DNA from: a bacterium
GTDB taxonomy: Bacteria; Zhuqueibacterota; QNDG01; DTFT01
NCBI GenBank assembly: GCA_016933415.1
Contig: JAFGAX010000140.1
Span: forward strand, 1 to 58,403
Reading direction: 5' to 3'
DNA: 58,403 nt
Program-made: the position numbers and the translations under genes
Shown here: piece after piece, positions 27,362-35,559 of the stretch
Numbering within the stretch: position 1 is the first letter of the stretch
Layout of the letters: the number at the start of each line of letters is the position of its first letter
The notes under the pieces: generated by a model
Seen by the model: only the letters and a program-made list of their open reading frames with translations
What the model was told of the DNA's origin: nothing
The model's database searches: none

Positions 27362-29047
27362 ATGCCCGCCCCCCAGCCCGACAAAATCATCTACACCATG
27401 ATGCGCGTCAGCAAATTCTACGGCCAGAAACAGGTACTGAAGGACATTTCCATTTCCTACTTCTACGGCGCCAAGATCGGCGTCATCGGCCTGAACGGAT
27501 CCGGAAAATCCTCCCTGCTCCGCATTTTCGCCGGCCGGGACGTCGAATACAACGGAAAAACGATCCTGTCTCCCGGGTATTCGGCCGGCCTGCTGGAACA
27601 GGAACCCCTGCTCGACTCCGGGAAAACCGTGCGCGAGGTCGTCGAAGAGGGCGTCCAGGATGTGGTGAACCTGCTCGCCGAGTACAACCGCATCAATGAA
27701 AAATTCGCCGAACCCATGTCCGACGACGAGATGAACAAGCTGATCGAGCGGCAGGGAAAGGTGCAGGAACAGCTGGACGCCTCGAACGCCTGGGATCTCG
27801 ACTCGCGTCTTGAAATGGCCATGGACGCGCTCCGCTGTCCCCCGCCGGACACGCCCGTGAACGTGATCTCCGGCGGAGAACGCCGTCGCGTGGCCCTCTG
27901 CCGGCTCCTGCTTCAGAAACCCGACATTCTCCTGCTCGACGAGCCGACCAACCATCTGGACGCGGAATCCGTCGCCTGGCTGGAGCATCACCTCCAGCGG
28001 TACGAAGGCACGGTCATCGCCGTCACCCATGACCGGTACTTCCTCGACAACGTGGCCGGATGGATTCTCGAGCTGGACCGGGGCGAAGGCATCCCCTGGA
28101 AGGGGAATTATTCCTCATGGCTCGAGCAGAAGCAGAAGCGGCTCAGTCAGGAGGAGAAAGCCGAAACCGAGCGGCAGAAAACCCTTCAGCGGGAGCTGGA
28201 CTGGATTCACATGGCGCCGAAAGCGCGGCACGCCAAGGGCAAGGCGCGCGTGAATGCCTATGAAAACATGCTGGCCGAGGCAAACCGGGAGCGCGTGGGC
28301 GAACTGGAGATATTCATTCCGCCGGGTCCCAGGCTCGGGAACATCGTCATCCAGGCGGAGAACGTATCCAAAGCCTACGAAGAGAACATCCTGGTTGAGG
28401 GCATGACCTTCTCCCTGCCGCCCGGCGGAATCGTGGGCGTCATCGGTCCCAACGGCGCGGGCAAGACGACCCTGTTCCGCATGATCACCGGATCGGAAAA
28501 GCCTGATTCCGGAACGATTCGGGTCGGCGAAACCGTGACGCTCGCCTATGCCGACCAGGACCGGAACCTGAATCCGAACCAGACGGTATGGGAGGCGATT
28601 TCCGAGGGAAAGGACATACTCCCGCTCGGCGAACGCGAGATGAATTCCAGGGCCTACGTCTCCCGGTTCAATTTCTCCGGCACGGACCAGCAGAAAAAAC
28701 TGTCCATGCTGTCCGGAGGAGAACGGAACCGCGTGCACCTCGCGCGCATCCTGAAACGCGGCGCAAACGTCATCCTTCTGGACGAGCCCACCAATGACCT
28801 GGACGTGAACACGATGCGGGCCCTCGAGGACGGTCTGGAGAACTTCGCCGGATGCGCGGTGGTGATCAGCCATGATCGCTGGTTCCTGGACCGCATCGCC
28901 ACGCACATTCTCGCGTTCGAGGGGGACTCGAAGGTTTTCTGGTTCGAGGGGAATTATTCGGAGTATGAAGAAGACAGGATCCGCCGCCTGGGCGCAGAAG
29001 CCGAACAGCCGCACCGGATCAAGTACAGGCATCTGACGAGGACTTAA
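27362..29047 (+). CDS. ettA: Energy-dependent translational throttle ABC-F protein
   Basis: 561 aa, two ABC cassettes; YFYGAKIGVIGLNGSGKSS, SGGERRRVALCRLLLQKPD, EGNYSEYEED, HRIKYRHL. Confidence 0.95.
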   Translation: MPAPQPDKIIYTMMRVSKFYGQKQVLKDISISYFYGAKIGVIGLNGSGKSSLLRIFAGRDVEYNGKTILSPGYSAGLLEQEPLLDSGKTVREVVEEGVQDVVNLLAEYNRINEKFAEPMSDDEMNKLIERQGKVQEQLDASNAWDLDSRLEMAMDALRCPPPDTPVNVISGGERRRVALCRLLLQKPDILLLDEPTNHLDAESVAWLEHHLQRYEGTVIAVTHDRYFLDNVAGWILELDRGEGIPWKGNYSSWLEQKQKRLSQEEKAETERQKTLQRELDWIHMAPKARHAKGKARVNAYENMLAEANRERVGELEIFIPPGPRLGNIVIQAENVSKAYEENILVEGMTFSLPPGGIVGVIGPNGAGKTTLFRMITGSEKPDSGTIRVGETVTLAYADQDRNLNPNQTVWEAISEGKDILPLGEREMNSRAYVSRFNFSGTDQQKKLSMLSGGERNRVHLARILKRGANVILLDEPTNDLDVNTMRALEDGLENFAGCAVVISHDRWFLDRIATHILAFEGDSKVFWFEGNYSEYEEDRIRRLGAEAEQPHRIKYRHLTRT

Positions 29048-29048
29048 A

Positions 29049-29224
29049 AAGTTCATAGTTCATAGTTCATTGTTCATGGTTAACAGAAGATACTCTTTTT
29101 GCAATGAACTCTTATGGATAAAGAAAAGGAGCAGGAATCATTAACGAGCAATTATTTTCTCTGAACAATGAACTGTAAATCATGAACTTGTTTTGCTATG
29201 AACAATGAACCATCAACTATGAAC
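29049..29224. repeat. Inverted heptamer-array element C
   Basis: AAGTTCA TAGTTCA TAGTTCA TTGTTCA TGGTTAA ... TGAACAA TGAACCA TCAACTA TGAAC, starting 2 nt after the ettA stop. Confidence 0.85.
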
Positions 29225-29249
29225 AGATTTTCCATGCCCCATCCTCGCC

Positions 29250-29278
29250 TTGATTTCCTCGAATAATTTCATTAATTT
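29250..29278 (+). promoter_or_regulatory. Putative sigma70 promoter for the CDGSH-UbiA-dtd-maf-dapF-NYN operon
   Basis: TTGATT-17 nt-TAATTT. Confidence 0.55.
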
Positions 29279-29305
29279 ATAAATATTTAGCATTCGGAGA
29301 GCCGC

Positions 29306-29971
29306 ATGCGCCGTGAACGAATCATCCCCTATCGAGGTAAAAACATCATCGTCCGGTTCACCATCGACCGTTGCACCCACGTGGCGGAATGCCTCATGGG
29401 GCTTCCGGACGTGTTCGACACGCGGCGCCAGCCCTGGGTGTCACCGGACGCCGCGTCGCCGGACGAAGTCGCTGAGGTGATCGAACGGTGTCCCACTGGA
29501 GCGCTCCACTACAAGAGGCTGGACGGGGGACCCGAAGAATCCATCCCGGATCAAAACACGCTGACGCTTGTTCAGAACGGCCCCCTGTACGCCCGGGGCG
29601 ATCTGCTGATCGAATCCGCGGACGGAACGCCTCTGTTCCGCGACACGCGCGTCGGCTTCTGCAGGTGCGGCGCATCGAAGCATAATCCCTTCTGCGACAA
29701 CCGGCATGACCTCGTGGATTTCGAGGAGCGCGGCCGCTTTCAGCATACCGCGCCCGTGACCGGCGTACCGGGACCGGTCAGGAAAGGCGTTCTCCGCATC
29801 CGGCTGTCCGCGGACGGACCCCTGATCCTCTCCGGGCCCATGGAGATAATCGATTCGGACGGCCGATCCGGTTTCCGCGGCAACCGCGCCGCCCTCTGCC
29901 GCTGCGGCGCTTCGAAGAACCATCCGTTCTGTGACGGCTCGCACAAAGCCGCGGGATTCCGTTCGGAATGA
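29306..29971 (+). CDS. CDGSH iron-sulfur protein with N-terminal divergent 4Fe-4S (Fer4_19-like) domain and two CDGSH motifs
   Basis: RCTHVAEC...RCPTGAL; FCRCGASKHNPFCDNRH and LCRCGASKNHPFCDGSH. Confidence 0.88.
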   Translation: MRRERIIPYRGKNIIVRFTIDRCTHVAECLMGLPDVFDTRRQPWVSPDAASPDEVAEVIERCPTGALHYKRLDGGPEESIPDQNTLTLVQNGPLYARGDLLIESADGTPLFRDTRVGFCRCGASKHNPFCDNRHDLVDFEERGRFQHTAPVTGVPGPVRKGVLRIRLSADGPLILSGPMEIIDSDGRSGFRGNRAALCRCGASKNHPFCDGSHKAAGFRSE

Positions 29972-30825
29972 ACGCCGCCTTCAGGCCGGACCGGATCCGG
30001 GGCTTCTGGCTTCTGGCAAGGCCGAACAATCTTGCCATCGCATTTCCCGCCATCCTCGTCGGCGGCATCGTTTCCGGGGCTGAGCTGAAATGGCTGCCTC
30101 TCCTGCTGGCGGCCGTTTCCGGCATATTCATGGGCGCCGGCGCCAATGCGATCAATGATTATTACGATCTTGAAATCGACCGGATCAACAAGCCGAACCG
30201 TCCGCTTCCTGCCGGTCTCCTGACCCGCCGGGACGCCCGGGTTTTCGCGACCGTCGCATTCCTGGCCGGCATCGCGGTAGCCGTGTTCATCAATTGGATC
30301 TGCCTCTCCATCGCGCTGATTTCCGCGGTCCTGCTCGTCCTGTACAGCCGCTCCCTGAAGAAGACGGTTCTGCTGGGAAACTTGACCGTGGCGTTTATGC
30401 TGGGCCTCGCCCTGGTTTACGGCGGACTCGCCGTCGGCGGTATGCGGAACGCGGCCGCGGTCGGTCTCTTCTCTTTCCTGTACAATCTGGCCCGGGAAAT
30501 TCTCAAGGATGCGGACGACATGGAAGGCGATATGACCCAGGGCGCGGACACTTTTCCCATCCGATACGGCATCCGGGCTTCCCTGGTCCTCGTCACCGTC
30601 GTTCTTCTGCTCCTGGTCGCGGCCACGGTCGTTCCCTACAGCCTCGGCTGGTTCTCGCGAACCTATCTCTGGATCGTGGCTGTCGGTGTGGACGCCGTTG
30701 TATTCGGGTTCATCGTCTCCATGTGGCGGAAGCCCGAACCCGGCCATCTGGGCAGGCTTGCGGTCTGGATGAAGGCGGACATGCTGGCCGGCTTGGCTGC
30801 TGTTTACTTCGGGGGTAATCCCTGA
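29968..30825 (+). CDS. UbiA-superfamily prenyltransferase, DGGGP-synthase-like
   Basis: ANAINDYYDLEIDRINKPNRPLPAG and REILKDADDMEGD Asp-rich motifs; about 8 TM segments. Confidence 0.82.
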   Translation: MNAAFRPDRIRGFWLLARPNNLAIAFPAILVGGIVSGAELKWLPLLLAAVSGIFMGAGANAINDYYDLEIDRINKPNRPLPAGLLTRRDARVFATVAFLAGIAVAVFINWICLSIALISAVLLVLYSRSLKKTVLLGNLTVAFMLGLALVYGGLAVGGMRNAAAVGLFSFLYNLAREILKDADDMEGDMTQGADTFPIRYGIRASLVLVTVVLLLLVAATVVPYSLGWFSRTYLWIVAVGVDAVVFGFIVSMWRKPEPGHLGRLAVWMKADMLAGLAAVYFGGNP

Positions 30826-31274
30826 TGCGTGCCGTGGTACAGCGCGTCCGGCGCGCGTCGGTTCTTTCGGAGGGCCGGCCCTCGGGAACCATCGGACGCG
30901 GTCTCCTGATTCTGGCCGGGGTGGAAAGCGGGGACACGGACCGCGACGCCGAATGGCTGGGCAAAAAATGCTCCGAACTGAGAATTTTCGAGAACGAGAC
31001 CGGCCGTTTCGACCGGTCCGTCATGGAAACCGGCGGTGAAGCGCTCGTGGTGTCCCAGTTCACCCTGCTCGGAGACTGCAAACGCGGACGCAGGCCGGAT
31101 TTCACGGCCGCGGCCGGGCCGGAGGAAGCCGAACCGCTGATTGAAAAACTGATCGCTCGCCTTCGCGCGAGCGGCCTCTCCGTCGCGTCGGGCGTATTCC
31201 GCACGTCCATGGAAGTTGAACTCATCAACGACGGACCGGTCACGCTCATTCTCGATTCCCGGAGCGGCGCATGA
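30825..31274 (+). CDS. dtd: D-aminoacyl-tRNA deacylase
   Basis: MRAVVQRV, VVSQFTL, LINDGPVT. Confidence 0.95.
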   Translation: MRAVVQRVRRASVLSEGRPSGTIGRGLLILAGVESGDTDRDAEWLGKKCSELRIFENETGRFDRSVMETGGEALVVSQFTLLGDCKRGRRPDFTAAAGPEEAEPLIEKLIARLRASGLSVASGVFRTSMEVELINDGPVTLILDSRSGA

Positions 31275-31966
31275 GCATGCAATGCCCGTCCGGTCCGCCT
31301 TCCGCGGCGGGCGGCCGTCGTCCCGGGCCGTCACAACCGGGACCCCGGCTCATTCTGGCTTCGCGTTCGCCGCGTCGCGCGGAACTGCTCCGGCGCATGG
31401 GTTTTATATTCGACGTCATGGAACCGGACATCGAGGAAAACGTGCCGGAACGCGGCGATCCCCGGACCCTGGTGTCCGCCCTGTCCGCAGGAAAGGCGGA
31501 GGCGGTTCTCAACGCGGTCCGGGACGGATGGATCGTGGGCGCCGATACGGTTGTCGTTCTGGACGGAGCCATACTGGAAAAACCCGCATCCCCCGGCCAT
31601 GCGGCGGAAATGCTGTCCCGGCTTTCCGGACGGACCCATGAGGTATTCACGGGTTTCACGCTGATTCAGGCCCTGTCCGGCAGGCGCTGTTCGGACACCG
31701 AACGCACCGCCGTGACGTTCCGGTCGCTGGACAAATGGGAAATCGACGATTACGTGTCCTCCGGCGCGCCCATGGACAAGGCCGGCGCGTACGGCATTCA
31801 GGACCGGAGCGGTTTGTTCGTCGACCGGATCGAAGGCTGCTTTTACAATGTGGTGGGTTTTCCGCTCACCCGTTTCTATGAGGCGCTGAAACGGGAGGCA
31901 CCGCCGGACGTTCTGCGGAAGCTCATGTCCGGCCGCGACCGAGGTCGAAAGGATCCTGCGGCATGA
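31271..31966 (+). CDS. maf: Maf/YhdE nucleoside triphosphate pyrophosphatase
   Basis: ILASRSPRRAELL, VGADTVV, HEVFTG, DKAGAYGIQ, NVVGFP. Confidence 0.93.
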   Translation: MSMQCPSGPPSAAGGRRPGPSQPGPRLILASRSPRRAELLRRMGFIFDVMEPDIEENVPERGDPRTLVSALSAGKAEAVLNAVRDGWIVGADTVVVLDGAILEKPASPGHAAEMLSRLSGRTHEVFTGFTLIQALSGRRCSDTERTAVTFRSLDKWEIDDYVSSGAPMDKAGAYGIQDRSGLFVDRIEGCFYNVVGFPLTRFYEALKREAPPDVLRKLMSGRDRGRKDPAA

Positions 31967-32802
31967 AAGAGACGGATCTCATTCCATTCACGAAAATGTC
32001 GGGGACGGGAAACGATTTCATCGTTTTCGACAACCGGGACGGCCGTTTCACGGGGGAAGAATCATCGTTCTTTGCCGCTGTCTGCCGGAGGCGGCATTCG
32101 GTCGGTGCCGACGGTGTCATTCTCGCGGACCGGGGAGCCTCGGCGCCGGTGCGGATGCGGTATTACAACGCGGACGGCGGTGCGGCCGCCTTCTGCGCGA
32201 ACGGCGCCCGCTGCGCGGCGCGTTTCGCCTTTGAAAAGGGCTTCACGGAAGAACACCGCTTCATTCTCGAGGCTTCAGACGGAAACCATGCAATGGAAGT
32301 CCTGCCGGATACCGTCCGCCTGCGCATGGCCGAACCCGTGGCCTATACGGAATCCCCCGAGATGGCGCGGGACTCCCGCTTCCGCGATGCCGGATTTATC
32401 AACACCGGTGTTCCCCATCTCGTCCTGTTTCTGGACGACGCCGCCGCTCTGGAAGCACTGGATGTTGAATCCGAAGCGCCTTTCTACCGGCGTCATCCGG
32501 CATTCCCGGGTGGAACCAACGTGAATTTCGCCGCACGGACCGCGGAGGGCGAAATCCGGGTCCGCACCTTTGAACGGGGCGTCGAGGGTGAAACCCTTTC
32601 CTGCGGCACAGGCTGCACGGCGGCCGCCCTGATCGCGTCCAGAGCCGGACGGGCCGCCGCCCCACCCGTTTCCGTGCGCACCCGGGGCGGCCTTCTGACC
32701 GTCGATTTCGACCCGCACTGGCGGACTGTTGTTCTGTCCGGACCCGCGGTGACCATATTTGAAGGCGTTCTGCGCCCAACCTCCTGGAGCACCGGGCCGT
32801 GA
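31963..32802 (+). CDS. dapF: Diaminopimelate epimerase
   Basis: TKMSGTGNDF, GADG, YNADG...FCANGARC, NTGVPH, GTNVNF, ERGVEGETLSCGTGC. Confidence 0.93.
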   Translation: MKETDLIPFTKMSGTGNDFIVFDNRDGRFTGEESSFFAAVCRRRHSVGADGVILADRGASAPVRMRYYNADGGAAAFCANGARCAARFAFEKGFTEEHRFILEASDGNHAMEVLPDTVRLRMAEPVAYTESPEMARDSRFRDAGFINTGVPHLVLFLDDAAALEALDVESEAPFYRRHPAFPGGTNVNFAARTAEGEIRVRTFERGVEGETLSCGTGCTAAALIASRAGRAAAPPVSVRTRGGLLTVDFDPHWRTVVLSGPAVTIFEGVLRPTSWSTGP

Positions 32803-33302
32803 AACGCGTCTACCTGGTCGACGGCTACAATCTGCTCCACCAGTTCCCGGAACTGCGGCGGAAAATCGAGTATGATATGGAAAATGCGCGTGAGTCCCTG
32901 CTGGCGCGGCTCACGGGCTTCTCGCTCGCGAAAGGCGTGGACATATCCGTGGTGTTCGACGGATCCGGAGAGCCGGATCCCGCCCCTTTGCGGAAAAAAG
33001 CAGTCCGCGTCCGTTTTTCAAGGCCCCCGGAGAAAGCCGATCCGCTGATCAAAAGGATGATATCGGAACGGAAGAAGGGGGAGGAACTCATTCTGGTTTC
33101 ATCGGACCGCGACATCGGCGATTATGCGCGTCTCTGCGGCGTGAAAGTCGAATCCTCTCAGACATTCGCGCAGGCCATGGAACGCCAGTCCGGGACGCAG
33201 GCCGGGGACATGCGGACCGACCGGTCCATGTCCGACCGGGAAATTCAGGAATGGATGGCGCTTTTCGGGGGAAAAAGAAGCGGGGGACCATCGGACCCCT
33301 GA
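32799..33302 (+). CDS. NYN-domain (YacP-like) ribonuclease-family protein
   Basis: YLVDGYNLL, VVFDG, EKADPLI, LVSSDRDI acidic NYN motifs. Confidence 0.85.
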   Translation: MKRVYLVDGYNLLHQFPELRRKIEYDMENARESLLARLTGFSLAKGVDISVVFDGSGEPDPAPLRKKAVRVRFSRPPEKADPLIKRMISERKKGEELILVSSDRDIGDYARLCGVKVESSQTFAQAMERQSGTQAGDMRTDRSMSDREIQEWMALFGGKRSGGPSDP

Positions 33303-33321
33303 ATCTGTCAGCGTGCGCATT

Positions 33322-33440
33322 CCCCCGCTCTGCGGAACCATCAATACCCCCTAAAAAAATACGGGATCGGTCCCGCAAAGCGGGGTCTTCAATGACTCAC
33401 AAATCAAATTGCCTGATCCCGCTCCGCTGGGCATTCAATC
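33322..33440 (-). repeat. Cluster of three REP-like units (ATTGAAG-x-CCCGC-N3-GCGGG), period 46-48 bp
   Basis: Minus strand reads ATTGAATGCCCAGCGGAGCGGGATC / ATTGAAGACCCCGCTTTGCGGGACC / ATTGATGGTTCCGCAGAGCGGGGG; homologous to 57002-57095 on the plus strand. Confidence 0.8.
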
Positions 33441-33547
33441 ATTGACGGATGGAACCGTTTTGTCCCGAGTCGCCTTCGGAAAGAAGTTTCTTGCTGGTCC
33501 CGCGAAGCGCAAATGCGCGCTCGCTGACAGATCCCCGTCCTTCATGG

Positions 33548-34222
33548 TTACCGGTGGCGGGCGGCGGTCCGAGGTGTCCGGCGGTTTCGTCCGGTCCGGA
33601 TTTCAGACGCGCCGGGCCGCTTCCGCGGGCCGGGATTGCCCACCCGCGCGTCGCAATGATGCGCCCGGGCCAGACGCGTCAGCGCCCGAGCCGCCGCGGT
33701 CAGGCTCTTTTTCCTGCACCGAACCCTGCCTGTGTTGTAGTCCCCCCCCGAACACGGGATGCCTAGAAAGAACACGCGCCTGGCGCGTCCCCGGTACACG
33801 TCCGTCTCATCCGAATCCGACACGGGATCGGGGCATCCGGAGAATATTGCAACCTTCCGCATGCCGGCGAGCGCCTTCCGGACAAAACGCCCGGTTTCCG
33901 GATCCGCGCATTTCTCGATCGTGATGTCCGCGCGGGTTTTCGCGCCGGTCACATCCACGACCACAACCGTGTCTTCCTTTGAAAGAGTCCGGCGGACCGC
34001 CTTGGCGCCCCCGAAATCCGTTTCCTCGCCGTAAGTCAGTTCAATCCGCACGCCTTCACGGTCCAGCCCTCCGCTGAAGTAAGCGTCCATGACGGCCTTG
34101 ACGCCTGCAAAATTATCCAGGTGGCCGAAACAGACTGTCCCGCCTTTCTCCAGCCGGCACCGGTGGCTCCGGAATCCGGTGTCCGCGTGGCAGGAGATGA
34201 CGAACTGGGCTTTGGACCGCAT
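33548..34222 (-). CDS. Small Zn-exopeptidase-fold (M20/M28/M42-like) protein
   Basis: CHAD (HxD), HLDN, YGEE, VVVDV in the expected order; start MRSK after a GGGGAG RBS; the last metal-ligand position reads GGDYN. Confidence 0.6.
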   Translation of the reverse strand: MRSKAQFVISCHADTGFRSHRCRLEKGGTVCFGHLDNFAGVKAVMDAYFSGGLDREGVRIELTYGEETDFGGAKAVRRTLSKEDTVVVVDVTGAKTRADITIEKCADPETGRFVRKALAGMRKVAIFSGCPDPVSDSDETDVYRGRARRVFFLGIPCSGGDYNTGRVRCRKKSLTAAARALTRLARAHHCDARVGNPGPRKRPGASEIRTGRNRRTPRTAARHR

Positions 34223-34354
34223 CCCGTTCTCCCCCATTTCCGAAAACCAGTCGCTTCCCCGGTTCGCGACGGCCCGCCGACGGCCGCCGGCGTCTCCATA
34301 CAGATTCGCCCCCTCGGGAGGGGGCGATCGTGACAGAGACCGTGTACCGCCGGT

Positions 34355-35518
34355 TCAAAGCAGAAGCTTGACTCCGAATCCGGCATCCATGCCGAAAAGT
34401 CCACTCCGGTTCCCGTTCGATTCGAGGTTGCCTCCGAGAAATTTGATACGCATGTCGCCGAGCGCGTTCTCCCACAGGGTAAACTGCACGCCGAACCCTG
34501 CGCCGGCCGCAAAACCGTCGAGATCGGAACGGGTAACGTAAAGCACTTTCACCGTCTGACGCGAATAGTAACGGGCGTCCGCCAGCAGAAAGAGACCGCC
34601 CTCCCGGAAGGCGATGACCTTGTAGACGGCGTTCATTTCCAGCTGGCTCCCCTGCGGTTTTCCCGGCGCCTCTTCGAGTTTGAGCCCCTGCAGGGTTTGA
34701 ATCTTGTCATTGAATCGGGCCGTGAACAGGGCCATCCAGTACTGCCGGTCGAATTCGCGGTACAGCCCGATGCCGATCGTGGTTTTCGCGCCTGCCTGGA
34801 ATATTTCCTTGTCGCCGAGCATATCCTTCTGATAGAACGTGTATTCCGCGTCCGCCATCAGCTTGAAATGATCGTCCAGACGGACGTCCAGGCCGATCTG
34901 TGCCGTCGCCTCGTCCCCAGGCTCGTACGCCTCGTCCGCGGTTTTGACGATGCCGTCGAATTCATACCGGTATTCAACCGGATTGTACCGGCCGCGCATC
35001 AGGTACTGGCCGCCGACACCGAGAACCGCCTTTTCGCCGAGGGGGAACGCCCCGGCCGCTCCGGCCCGGCCGCACAGGCCCTGTCCGTACACCGGGAGCG
35101 AGAAGCGGAAAAAATTCTGGCTGATGATCTGGCCGAGCTCGAATTCCTCGTTGTTCAGCCGGGTTTTGCCGGTGGGGACGCCCAGTCCGAAGTTCAGGAG
35201 AAGCGTCTTGTTCGGATGCAGGTAGGATCCCTGAATCCAGGTGTCCGATGTTCCGTTGATCTTGTAGCCGCCGTACCACCGGCTCATGGCGGGCGTATGC
35301 TGGATCGCGAGCCGGATATCCCGGCCCACGGGCGCGGTCAGCAGGACTGGAAAGGAGACCTGATTCACGACCCGGTGATCCCCGGCTTCCATCCGCCACA
35401 TCTGGACGGAGCAGGAAGTCGTCAGCGATGCCACGGGTTCCCGTGATGAAACGTCGGGTTGGGCGGACAGGATGCACGGCAGCAGGGCCGCGAATCCGAT
35501 CCAGGCTTTTCCTCTCAT
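34355..35518 (-). CDS. Predicted outer-membrane beta-barrel protein (module A); paralog of 44688..45854
   Basis: Signal peptide; amphipathic strands; SDTWIQG...GLGVPTGKTRL...FRFSLPVYGQGL is shared with the paralog. Confidence 0.72.
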   Translation of the reverse strand: MRGKAWIGFAALLPCILSAQPDVSSREPVASLTTSCSVQMWRMEAGDHRVVNQVSFPVLLTAPVGRDIRLAIQHTPAMSRWYGGYKINGTSDTWIQGSYLHPNKTLLLNFGLGVPTGKTRLNNEEFELGQIISQNFFRFSLPVYGQGLCGRAGAAGAFPLGEKAVLGVGGQYLMRGRYNPVEYRYEFDGIVKTADEAYEPGDEATAQIGLDVRLDDHFKLMADAEYTFYQKDMLGDKEIFQAGAKTTIGIGLYREFDRQYWMALFTARFNDKIQTLQGLKLEEAPGKPQGSQLEMNAVYKVIAFREGGLFLLADARYYSRQTVKVLYVTRSDLDGFAAGAGFGVQFTLWENALGDMRIKFLGGNLESNGNRSGLFGMDAGFGVKLLL

Positions 35519-35559
35519 GCATGCACCTCGCGCTCGTGAAATGCGGTTCGAAAGCCGGC

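Noticed and set aside
33322-33440. 46-48-bp periodic units (also 57002-57095) as a degenerate mini-CRISPR
   Set aside because: ATTGAAG precedes the hairpin instead of ending the repeat, the inter-unit sequences are homologous between loci rather than unique, and the units are too divergent.
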